Positions 19,417-28,800 of a stretch of 64,000 nucleotides of DNA are shown here, one piece after another. The notes below the pieces were generated by a model. The model was given only the letters and a program-made list of their open reading frames with translations, searched no databases and was not told the DNA's origin. The DNA comes from Candidatus Kapaibacterium sp. (GTDB lineage Bacteria > Bacteroidota > Ignavibacteria > Kapaibacteriales > UBA2268): the NCBI GenBank assembly GCA_963665665.1, contig OY762428.1, positions 2,873,100 to 2,937,099 on the forward strand, given 5' to 3'. The position numbers and the translations under genes are program-made. Position 1 is the first letter of the stretch. Each line of letters begins with the position of its first letter.

Positions 19417-20826
19417 TCAATTCTGAGCCTTGCTGTATGCCTTTCCTGCAAGCAATGCAAATATCAGAGCTAAAGTACAAAAAATGGCACCGGCAATGAA
19501 TATATCCTGAAAACCTGGTATCATGGATGATTTTGATATGCCTGATACTCCTGAGTTTGCTGAATCATTTGAATTCAAACCAAATGAATATATCATTTCG
19601 AAAAATGTGATCCCCGCTGCCATCGAGAATCTGTAAACTGTCTGTTCTGTACCGAATAATGATCCCTGGGCATCAGCCCTGCCAAGATTTTTAACAAAAT
19701 TGTGGTTGGGGGAATTGAAGGATCCGAAAGCAACTCCAAGCAGAAACAAACATCCGATAACTACATAAATATTTTCTAAATGCAGAAACAATGCAAATAA
19801 AAGGGCCGCCGATGCTGCAAGCAACATAGCAGATGAACAAAATACCGTAGAGCCTTTTATTGATGACCATTTTCCTGCAATCGGCCCGACAAACATCAAA
19901 GGAAGGGCATAACTGAGAAGAACCATACCGGATTCTTCGGAATTAAGCCCGATAATATTTTCCAGGTAGAATGGCATGAAAAAATTACTTGAAGCAAGAA
20001 AAATATACCCGGCCATTCCGGAGAGAACTGCAAAAACCAGTGCTTTGTTTTTGAACAATGAAAAATCGATCAGGGGGTTGTGGACTCTTTTCTCAAATAA
20101 TATAAATGCTGTAAGACCGATTACAAAAATTGCAATTAGTATTAATATCTGTTCCGAAAACCAGCCAATATCTCCACCCTTATTAAGAATATATAGAAAA
20201 CTGATAACGGTTATAATGTATAAAATTAATCCAACATAGTCAGGTTTAACTTTTTTAGTGATTGTGCTGACTTTTTCGTGCAGCTTTGTAGATACAATAT
20301 ATATAGCCAGCAGTCCTATTGGAATATTTATCAGGAAAATCCATTGCCAGCTGAGATATCCGGTTAATAGGCCGCCGACAGGATTGCCCAGAGTGGTTCC
20401 AACAGCTGCCGAAGTGGTTATTACCCCGAATACCTTGCCTGTTTGTTCCGGAGGAAAGAATTTGGGAACAAACACGAAAACACCGATATTCAGTGCAGCG
20501 CCCCCTACCCCCTGAAAGAACCTGCTGAAGATCAACATGTATATGTTCGTGCTTAAAGCACACAGTATCGAAAAAAGTACAAATATTGAATACCCGGCAA
20601 GTATAATTTTTTTTACGCCGTAAATATCACACAGCCTGCCGAAGAAGAGTAATGTGCAACTTACTGCTAACAAATAGACCATAACACACCACGATACAAG
20701 GCCCGTATCAACGGAAAAATAATCTGCTATGGTGGGCAATGAAACATTAACGATTGTCCCGTCCAGCTGAACCATTAAAACGGCTAATATCAGGCTGAAG
20801 GAAGCTGCTTTATTTTCTTTGAACAA
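19417..20826 (-). CDS. MFS transporter, DHA2 (EmrB/QacA-like, about 14 TMS)
   Basis: 469 aa, polytopic, with MFS motif A-like GRLCDIYGVKKI. Confidence 0.85.
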   Translation of the reverse strand: MFKENKAASFSLILAVLMVQLDGTIVNVSLPTIADYFSVDTGLVSWCVMVYLLAVSCTLLFFGRLCDIYGVKKIILAGYSIFVLFSILCALSTNIYMLIFSRFFQGVGGAALNIGVFVFVPKFFPPEQTGKVFGVITTSAAVGTTLGNPVGGLLTGYLSWQWIFLINIPIGLLAIYIVSTKLHEKVSTITKKVKPDYVGLILYIITVISFLYILNKGGDIGWFSEQILILIAIFVIGLTAFILFEKRVHNPLIDFSLFKNKALVFAVLSGMAGYIFLASSNFFMPFYLENIIGLNSEESGMVLLSYALPLMFVGPIAGKWSSIKGSTVFCSSAMLLAASAALLFALFLHLENIYVVIGCLFLLGVAFGSFNSPNHNFVKNLGRADAQGSLFGTEQTVYRFSMAAGITFFEMIYSFGLNSNDSANSGVSGISKSSMIPGFQDIFIAGAIFCTLALIFALLAGKAYSKAQN

Positions 20827-20829
20827 TAT

Positions 20830-21924
20830 TTACACCCAGTTGGTTACATATTTAATCAAATCATCCTTTGTCATTCCGCTTAGCCCGAGATTTTCCACAT
20901 TCCTTCCATTATCGGTGTAACTCACCTGATTTGCTATGGAAGCTATCTGTATAATAGAATCAATGGCCGGAGTATCCACTCCGATTATATCTCCAAGGTT
21001 GGCAACGGTAACTAATCCGTAAGGAACATCTTCGGTAACATAGCGATGGAATAAATTGTTTGGAGCCATCTGTACTTTATGTGCACTAATCTGGATTTCA
21101 GTTTCATAGATAGTTGCGGATTTAACTTTATACATAATATCTGCAAATTCCAGGAAAGTAAAAGATTCATAGCAAATTGCCCTTGATACATCCACTCTTT
21201 CTTTGTCGACAGCTTCCATGATCCTGCCAACAGATGGTGTTGTATCATAGTTAGAAGTTCTGTAAGGCCCCATCTGTTCAATTCGGCTCATGTTCATTAA
21301 TGTTGTAATAGGGTGAATAACCATGCCCGGATCGTTAATACTGGTTTCAAGCACATTGAATGACGGGCTGAGCTGTGGAAATACATCCATTAATCTCCAG
21401 ATGATCTCTGCTGTTCTTTTGGCCGGAAAAGCCGCAAACGGAAGCTGGCTTTTGACAGCTTTAATATTTATATGCCCGATACCTTTTGTTTTTGCGGCAT
21501 ATAGCAGGCAATTTGTTTCCCCAAAAAGAAAATCGTCTTTTCTTCCGGTATCAGTAAGTTTTTTTGCGAAAAGCAGCGAGGCAAATTTCCCGGGGTTGAA
21601 TATTACTATTTGGCCTTTTGTACCATGCTCAATTATCAGGTCCATATATCTGTCCTGACCGAAGGCCGGAACAACTATCATTATTATTTCTGCATCTTTA
21701 ATAGCTGCCTGAACATCGGTTGTTATCATGTCAAGTTTTGCAAATCCGGGTTCCACACCGGAAGAAGTAACACCTTCAACAACTATACCGCCAAAAACCT
21801 TTAATAATTTAATATTTGTTGAGTGCTCGGGAACTGCGGCAAAGCGAACCGAGTGCCCGGCAAGAGCAAGGTCTGCTGCCATGGCCTGCCCGCCATGCCC
21901 GGCTCCTAATATTGCTATTATCAT
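20830..21924 (-). CDS. NAD(P)-dependent octopine/nopaline (opine) dehydrogenase family protein
   Basis: N-terminal Rossmann motif IAILGAGHGGQAMAADLALAGHSV. Size and layout are typical of the family. Confidence 0.75.
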   Translation of the reverse strand: MIIAILGAGHGGQAMAADLALAGHSVRFAAVPEHSTNIKLLKVFGGIVVEGVTSSGVEPGFAKLDMITTDVQAAIKDAEIIMIVVPAFGQDRYMDLIIEHGTKGQIVIFNPGKFASLLFAKKLTDTGRKDDFLFGETNCLLYAAKTKGIGHINIKAVKSQLPFAAFPAKRTAEIIWRLMDVFPQLSPSFNVLETSINDPGMVIHPITTLMNMSRIEQMGPYRTSNYDTTPSVGRIMEAVDKERVDVSRAICYESFTFLEFADIMYKVKSATIYETEIQISAHKVQMAPNNLFHRYVTEDVPYGLVTVANLGDIIGVDTPAIDSIIQIASIANQVSYTDNGRNVENLGLSGMTKDDLIKYVTNWV

Positions 21925-21935
21925 TTATCAATCCT

Positions 21936-23294
21936 TTAATTATACAAACACCATCCACCGTCGACAACAATCCTGCCATTTATTATAACAGTTTCTACTT
22001 TTGCCAGGTTTAATTTATCAACCAGAACAAGGTCTGCAATTTTTCCTTCTTCAATTAACCCGCGCCCGATAAAGCTATTTCCGAATATTTCAGGTATCCG
22101 GCCTGTCGCCATGTGAATACCTTCAGCAAGGCCTAATAAACCCCTTTTGAAAAAATACTGAATCAATTCGAGTATGCCGTCCCATACTCCTCCTCCGAAA
22201 TCGGTTGTAATTATATCCGGTAGTCCTTCAGTTAAAAGGGCTGTCATGTTTTCAATAGATTCTTTATTGTAGCCGCTGAAACTATTAATACTTGCAAGGT
22301 CGATGATAACGCCTTCATCTTTCAGTTTCTTCGCCCATGAAACACATTCTTCAAGTGTGAATGTAGTATGGTTGCAATGTGCAGCAATAATTGTTGTTGT
22401 TGATCTTTTCTTTAATGCAAGTTCATATATTTTCGCAGCTGATGTTGATGCATGGTGGAAAATTATCGGCAATTCATGATCTTCTGCAAATTCAAATGCT
22501 TCATCAAAACTTTTCAGTGAGTAGTTAACCGGTTTATTAGTATAAAAATCATAAATCTCAGCAATTTCCTCCAAACTTATCTTTGAATCAAGGCCAAATT
22601 TGATGATGAGTTCAGTCATTTTTTCTGTTTTTCGCTTCTTATCAAAATATCCGGATTCCAGGAATTCTTTTTTCAATTCCCTGACCTGTTCTACGGTAAG
22701 GCTTACACTAGTCCTCTTTTCAATCGATTCCGGTATATATTTATATTCGCTTACCCCACCGCCCAGGGTAGCTCCGCTTCCAATTTCTCCGATCAGGACA
22801 GCACCGCCGGCAAGCGCTTTTTCTGCATTCATTCTAAAATGTTTATCTTTCATGCCGGAAGCATCGATGATTTTGGCAGCTTTATAAGTTGAAGGGAACT
22901 GCGCTGTAGTATTATAAATATTTACCGGGTGGCTGTTGTTTACTATGTCATACTCTTCCTTTGTGCCCATTCCGCATACATTTATCAGTGATGTGGTTCC
23001 CTGCAGCATGTGTCTGTCTGTATTTCTCAGGGCTTTTTTTAATGATGCCGGTTTGGCGCCGCTGGTATATAAAGGGCCTGTCGAGCATCCGTGGGTGTGA
23101 CTGTTAATTATCCCCGGGATCAGGTAACAGCCTGAGCCATCGAGTACATTCCCGGCTTCCGATAAAACTGAATCAGGTATTCCGGATTGGGATACATGCC
23201 GGATATAGCCGTTATCAATTCCTGTCCATGCGTTCTTGAGAATAGAATGTCCGTCGCCGGTAATAATATCGCAGTTTTTAATTATTAAATCCAT
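21936..23294 (-). CDS. amidohydrolase-family metallohydrolase
   Basis: MDLIIKNCDIITGDG.. and the HxH motif PGIINSHTHG. The ATG at 23294 is preferred over the TTG at 23342 given by the track. Confidence 0.8.
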   Translation of the reverse strand: MDLIIKNCDIITGDGHSILKNAWTGIDNGYIRHVSQSGIPDSVLSEAGNVLDGSGCYLIPGIINSHTHGCSTGPLYTSGAKPASLKKALRNTDRHMLQGTTSLINVCGMGTKEEYDIVNNSHPVNIYNTTAQFPSTYKAAKIIDASGMKDKHFRMNAEKALAGGAVLIGEIGSGATLGGGVSEYKYIPESIEKRTSVSLTVEQVRELKKEFLESGYFDKKRKTEKMTELIIKFGLDSKISLEEIAEIYDFYTNKPVNYSLKSFDEAFEFAEDHELPIIFHHASTSAAKIYELALKKRSTTTIIAAHCNHTTFTLEECVSWAKKLKDEGVIIDLASINSFSGYNKESIENMTALLTEGLPDIITTDFGGGVWDGILELIQYFFKRGLLGLAEGIHMATGRIPEIFGNSFIGRGLIEEGKIADLVLVDKLNLAKVETVIINGRIVVDGGWCLYN

Positions 23295-23420
23295 TATTTC
23301 CCAGGTATTAATTACATATTTGATCACAGTTGCAAACCCCAAGGTAAATTTTGGGATGAATTGTGCAGCAAGCTGCGTGGTGTTTACCCGTCGACTTGTG
23401 GCCCCGAATTGCCGGGGCTG

Positions 23421-23453
23421 TCAAATTTCATTTAGCTTTGGCAATGAAATTTG
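23421..23453. promoter_or_regulatory. perfect 11-bp inverted repeat (candidate operator)
   Basis: CAAATTTCATT-N10-AATGAAATTTG, about 130 nt upstream of the amidohydrolase start. A GCCCCG..CGGGGC hairpin sits next to it at about 23401-23419. Confidence 0.35.
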
Positions 23454-23694
23454 TGTCTCAGGAATAAAATACGTAAAGTTGATCAATTTTTTAAAATAAA
23501 TCATCAATTATTACGGCCAATATGTAAATTTTTTTAATTATAAGGCATTCTTCAAGCTTTGGATCATTTTAAAAGAACTGTAATTAGAAATAATTTATAA
23601 TAAATGGCCTGTTATAATAATGCTGATTTATTTCTTGTGGGTATTATTCGGGTGTTTGGGTTAGGCAAAATGATTGAAAAATATTAATAAAAAG

Positions 23695-23723
23695 AAAAAA
23701 AACTGCTCCCGGAAGAGAGCAGT
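23695..23723 (-). terminator. rho-independent terminator after groES
   Basis: The minus strand reads ACTGCTC-tcttccgg-GAGCAGT followed by T8, 30 nt after the groES stop. Confidence 0.75.
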
Positions 23724-23752
23724 CAACAACATTTTATAATCTTTTTCAGTGA

Positions 23753-24025
23753 TCAGTCTTCGATTACAGCAAGTATATCAGCCCTTTGAATAATCTTGTA
23801 ATCGATATTTTCAACAGAAATATCTTCCCCGCCATATTTTGCATATAGTACTTTATCACCAATATTGATGATTTCCTGAAGTTCTTCGTCAGTACCAACG
23901 GCAATAACTTTACCCATTACCGGTTTTTCTTTTGCAGTATCCGGAATAATAATCCCGCCTGAAGTTCTGCTCTGCTCAACCATGGGTTCAATCAGCAGCC
24001 TGTCGTCAAGTGGTTTAATATTCAT
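23753..24025 (-). CDS. groES: co-chaperonin GroES
   Basis: MNIKPLDDRLLIEP..SGGIIIPDTAKEKPVMGKVIAVG, 90 aa. Confidence 0.9.
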   Translation of the reverse strand: MNIKPLDDRLLIEPMVEQSRTSGGIIIPDTAKEKPVMGKVIAVGTDEELQEIINIGDKVLYAKYGGEDISVENIDYKIIQRADILAVIED

Positions 24026-24040
24026 AATAGTTCTCCTTTT

Positions 24041-24289
24041 TTAATTTGTAATATTCAACAATCTGTTAATTTTTGGTTTATCGAATCCAACTATCGGCCT
24101 GTTATTTATCAATATTACCGGAACGCCTGTCTGCCCTGATTTTCTTTGCATATCCCTGGCAGCTGCGAGGTCCCTGGAAACGTCAACATCCTTGAACCTG
24201 ATCTTTTTTTCCCTGAAATACCCTTTGGCCTGAGTACAAAAACTACAGGTTGGTGTGGAAAAAACAATAACTTTGGGTTGTGATGTCAT
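24041..24289 (-). CDS. glutaredoxin-like protein (NrdH/YruB type)
   Basis: 82 aa, with CSFC redox motif and GVPVILINNRPIVGFD. Confidence 0.8.
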   Translation of the reverse strand: MTSQPKVIVFSTPTCSFCTQAKGYFREKKIRFKDVDVSRDLAAARDMQRKSGQTGVPVILINNRPIVGFDKPKINRLLNITN

Positions 24290-24512
24290 TTTTCAATCTC
24301 CTTAATATTTTATGCATTTCATCAATTGCTGTAAATAATCAAAAAAAAATGCTATGCTTGTGAAAAAAGTGCTTTGTTATTTAAAAAAAAATCACAATTT
24401 TTATAATTCTGTTTATGTGCAATAAAATTTGTAATAAACATTCTGTATAACGAAAGTTGGCAAATTATATTGCCGTATGGTAATATTAAAAATATTAAAA
24501 AATGGCTTTTAT

Positions 24513-24824
24513 ATGAAAGATAAAATTATATTTAACGACGAAGAACTTCAATCGCTTGCCAGAAGGTTCAAAATATTATCGGAACCATCCAGGCTTAAAA
24601 TTTTAAGGTGCCTTTTCAAAGGGGAAAAATGTGTTACCGATATTGTTGATACCACAGGGCTTCTTCAGGCAAATGTTTCCAAGCAACTGCGGGTATTGCT
24701 GATTAACAAAGCTGTTGAATGCCGTCAGGAAGGTTTGCAGAGATTTTACAGTGTTTCGGACGAAAAAATTCAGAAGATTTGCAAATTATTATGCGATTCC
24801 AGGAAAAAGGATGATGATAAATGA
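24513..24824 (+). CDS. ArsR/SmtB-family transcriptional regulator
   Basis: LSEPSRLKILRCL..CVTDIVDTTGLLQANVSKQLRVL wHTH. The ATG at 24513 is preferred over the track start at 24477. Confidence 0.85.
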   Translation: MKDKIIFNDEELQSLARRFKILSEPSRLKILRCLFKGEKCVTDIVDTTGLLQANVSKQLRVLLINKAVECRQEGLQRFYSVSDEKIQKICKLLCDSRKKDDDK

Positions 24825-25558
24825 ATAACGCGGACAGTATTGGAGGGCTGATAACATTTTATTTAAAGCTTCTGGGTTTTGCTCTCGTAACAATTTATTA
24901 TTCCTTTTGCGTGATTTTCACAATGCTTTTGCCGGGGGGCAGGCAAAAATTTCATAAATTTACAAAGGCCTGGGCAATTTCAGCCCTTAAGATATTTGGT
25001 ATAAAAGTAAAAAAATTGGGTATTTACAACAATACTGACAACAACACATATATTTATGTTGCCAATCATTCCACATGGTGGGACATACCCGTACTGATAG
25101 CTTCGATTGATCAGAACGTAAGGATAATTTACAAGAAGGAACTCGAGAAAATTCCGATTTTCGGGTGGGGCCTGGCAGCATGCCCTTATATATCTATTGA
25201 CAGGAGCGATGCAAGAAAATCCATGCAAAGCCTGAAGGAAGCAATAAAATCAATTGACGAAGGTGATTCGGTTATTATTTATCCCGAGGGAACCCGATCA
25301 AAAACCGGTAAGCTCGGAGAATTCAAGCGCGGGGCATTTATGCTTGCATCCAAAGCAAGTAAAAAAATTATCCCTCTAACACTTGCCGGGATGCAGAAAA
25401 TTCAGCCTGAGGGTTCAAAAGTTATCAGGCCGGTGGAAATAGAATTACGTTTCCATCCGGCTATGGATAATATTTCCGGTAACAGAAAAGAAGAAGACGA
25501 ATTCAGGGATAAAGTACGCACGATAGTTGCATCCGGCCTTCCGGCGGAACTTAGATAA
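24821..25558 (+). CDS. plsC: 1-acyl-sn-glycerol-3-phosphate acyltransferase
   Basis: HX4D motif NHSTWWD and YPEGTRS. Four-nt overlap with the ArsR gene. Confidence 0.85.
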   Translation: MNNADSIGGLITFYLKLLGFALVTIYYSFCVIFTMLLPGGRQKFHKFTKAWAISALKIFGIKVKKLGIYNNTDNNTYIYVANHSTWWDIPVLIASIDQNVRIIYKKELEKIPIFGWGLAACPYISIDRSDARKSMQSLKEAIKSIDEGDSVIIYPEGTRSKTGKLGEFKRGAFMLASKASKKIIPLTLAGMQKIQPEGSKVIRPVEIELRFHPAMDNISGNRKEEDEFRDKVRTIVASGLPAELR

Positions 25559-25645
25559 TTTTTTTGAATCTTAAATTTTTCTTTTGGAAAATAGAAGTAT
25601 AGTCCGTAACTTTGTACTCTCGTTTGACGAGTGATTGAAAATGGA

Positions 25646-25718
<73 letters not shown>

Positions 25719-25723
25719 CAAAG

Positions 25724-25762
25724 AAACCGCAAAAACTTAGTGTTGATGCGGTTTTTTATTTT
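25724..25762 (+). terminator. terminator after tRNA-Phe
   Basis: AAACCGCA-loop-TGCGGTTT followed by a T-rich run. Confidence 0.6.
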
Positions 25763-25889
25763 TTAAAAGCTCTTCAGTCCGATTCCAGTCCGATTCAACT
25801 CAAAAAAGGTTAAAATTAACCATACATTTTTCTGTCAAAATGATCTGCTATATTTTGGCAATATTTACTCTTTATTGCCAGTAATTTGA

Positions 25890-28800
25890 TTACCTCCCTC
25901 TCTTATTTCTCATATTTAAGCTTCTTTTAAGGGCGATATCAATATCACTGCCTTTGAGAGTTGTTTTAAGTTCCTGACCGGCAAGTATAGCCTTCAAACT
26001 TCTGATCTCAGAAAGTAGCTGAGAATTTGCTCCGGCTGATGCCATTTGGACAGTAGCTATCAACTGATCATCCCGAAATATCCATTCCCTGTTTCTACCA
26101 CCAAGTGTTGTTGCATCACCGATCAGTGCAAAAGTTGGCTCATCGATACGGCCTCCGGAAGAGAAGCTGAGAATGGAGCTGATTACAGGATCAGTAACTG
26201 CTTTTACAGCTGCATTGACTACCGCTGTGATTACAGGGATTGAAACAACATTAGCCGGGAAAGGCAGGGCTGACAGATATTCCATCGTTCCGGGAGAAAG
26301 AATCAGGTCAAGAACAAAGGCTGATGCTTTTGCCTGTAGCATACCTGCAAGTTGTCCGAAGAATTTACGCCAGTTCTCGGCTGCCGCTTCCGGATCAGCT
26401 GCAAATAGGTTTGTAAGGCTGTCTGTAACAGTAGTTTGCAGACCGCCTACTAATAAACCTATCGAATCAGCCTTTTGTGATAGAAGCGATTCTGTATTCT
26501 GTAACTGTGAGCTAAGTGATTCATAGGCTTCCCGGTCTGCTTTGCTGTCGAATATTGGTTTACCGGCTTCATCAAAGGCCTTGGCTTTTTCAGCTAACAA
26601 TGCCAATTGATCCTGTAAGGACTGTCTTTGTAAATTGAGGTTCTCTTCGTCTTTCCTTCGTTGCAGTTCCAGTTCTAATCCATTTCTTTGAGATTCAATA
26701 ATGGTTTGTTGTTTTGCATACTTTTCTTCTTTCTCAGCTCTTTTCTTTCTTCCGGATGCTTCAATCTCAGCTTTTCGCTTTTCAAACTCCTCGGCAGATA
26801 TAGCTTCCATGTCCCGCCATTTTTCCAGTTCTGCAATCTTTGCCTTTTCATCAGATTCAATTTTCTTCAGGGCATCATCTTTATCGGAACTGATTTTCTT
26901 CTCTCCGGCTGATGAATAAATCTCATTAAACCTGTTTAGCAGTTCTTCTTCCTTTTTGTACTTGTCCTCAATTTCCTTGATCCTGCCTTCTTCAAATTTC
27001 TTAAGCTCATCAAGCTTGGACTGATATATCCTGTCCTCAAGGTCTTTGATTGCCTGCATAGTCTCAAACTCTTCATTTTGAAGGTTCAGGTTCTGGTTTC
27101 TTAGCTCTCGCACCTTCAAACCATACTGAATCCTTATCCTTTCCTTTTCCTGTTCAGCATTTTCACCGGATACCTGTGCAAGCTCTTCATTCATCTGCCT
27201 GTTTAGTTCGATTATTTCATTATTACTGGATTTAATAGCATCTCTTAATCCGGATAGCTTGCTTTGATATTCCTCAACAACTCCCTCGTAAATATCTTCA
27301 TCCTTGATACCTATTGAAATTTCCCAATCAATTTTCTTCTGCTCAAGTTCTTTGAGTTTATCCTGCATATCAAGGTCATCAGCTTTGAGTTTCAGCTTTA
27401 GCTCCTGAATCTTTGCCTGCTCCTTAAGAATCTTCTCATTGAAATCCTGAATTACTGATCTAATTTCTGTTTTATCAGCTTCCTTTACTTTTGCATGGAA
27501 GATTATTTCACCATCCGATGTAACATCGCCTATCAGTTTCTTTGCTTTGAGGGCTTCAATCCATGCTAATCTTTGGTTCTTTATTGTCTCAAGTTGTTTT
27601 TGGTTTATAAGAAGTTCATCGTAGTCATCAGCTTTTCTTTCTTCTGCCAGTAATTTTTCTTTCTGAACATACTCATAATTCTGCATTTCCAGATCGAGGG
27701 ATTTTGTCTTAATATCAGCCTGTTCCTTTGCCAGTTCTAAAGCTGATTTGCCCTGCCTGACAATCAAACCTGCCCTGATCTGATTAAGTTCATCAATTTT
27801 GTCCAGATTTTTCTTTTCTTTAGCCTGATCTTTTAGGTTTCTGATAGCTTCATTATATTGTTCCTTCAGCTCTTTTCTTTCCTCATCTGACAAAGCTTTA
27901 TTCTGCAACTGTTTGTATATTTCATTAGCGGCAGAGAGTTGGGATTTCAGGTTCTTCTCAACATTCGACGTCGCATTATCCCATGCTTCGGCAAGCTTGT
28001 CAACAGCTGCAGCCTGAGCTTCGGCTTCTTTCTTGCTCTTTTCCTGAACATCGACAATATCCTCTGCTTTGTTTCTTAACTGATATAACTGTTTTGAGAA
28101 CTGCTGTTCTACTTTGTCAGGCAGTTTAATTTTATCAAATTCGATATCTATCTTTGCCCCATCCTCAAGGGATTTTGACATCTCCAAAGTCTGTGATTTT
28201 AGTTCCTGAGTTAGCTTGGAATATTTCAGCTTAATATCGCTAACATCTTCGCCTTTCTTCAATCCTTCAACGATCTGATTGGCAAGGTTCTCAGCTTCCT
28301 GAGATACTTTCTGATACAGCTCTACCTTTTCCTGTAAAGCTTCTGCAAAAGCATCCTGCTCGGATTTCAGCTTATTGGAGTATGATTCTTCATTGGCTTT
28401 GGTATATTCCTTAACTTTGTCAATATTCAGATCAATAGCCTGAACTACCTTGCCGTTTTCATCAATTATTTCTTTATATCCATTGACTGCATTCGGAACT
28501 TCTTTTGCCAGTTCCTTTGCAATATTATACTTTTGTATCTCAGTTTTTGCAGACTGGAACTTAGCCACAAGCTCGTCAAGTTTCTTATTCTTGTCCAGGT
28601 CATCTTTAAGTTCCATAGCGTTCTGTAGGGCAAAATCCATCTTTGATTCAGCTATAGTGGCATTGGCTTTGACCATAGCCCCGCTGATCGCTTTATTCAG
28701 CCGGTTTGAAAGTTCATTTTCAAATTCCTCGTCTCCGGAAATCCAATTAACAGGATTAAGATAATACTGAGCATAGTCCATCAGAACCGAGAATAGTTCC

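Noticed and set aside
24455-24473. A short imperfect inverted repeat (TGGCAA-attatat-TTGCCG) just upstream of the ArsR gene, considered as an ArsR operator.
   Set aside because: It has only 5 of 6 matching arm positions and is much shorter than typical 12-2-12 ArsR/SmtB operators. That is too weak to call.
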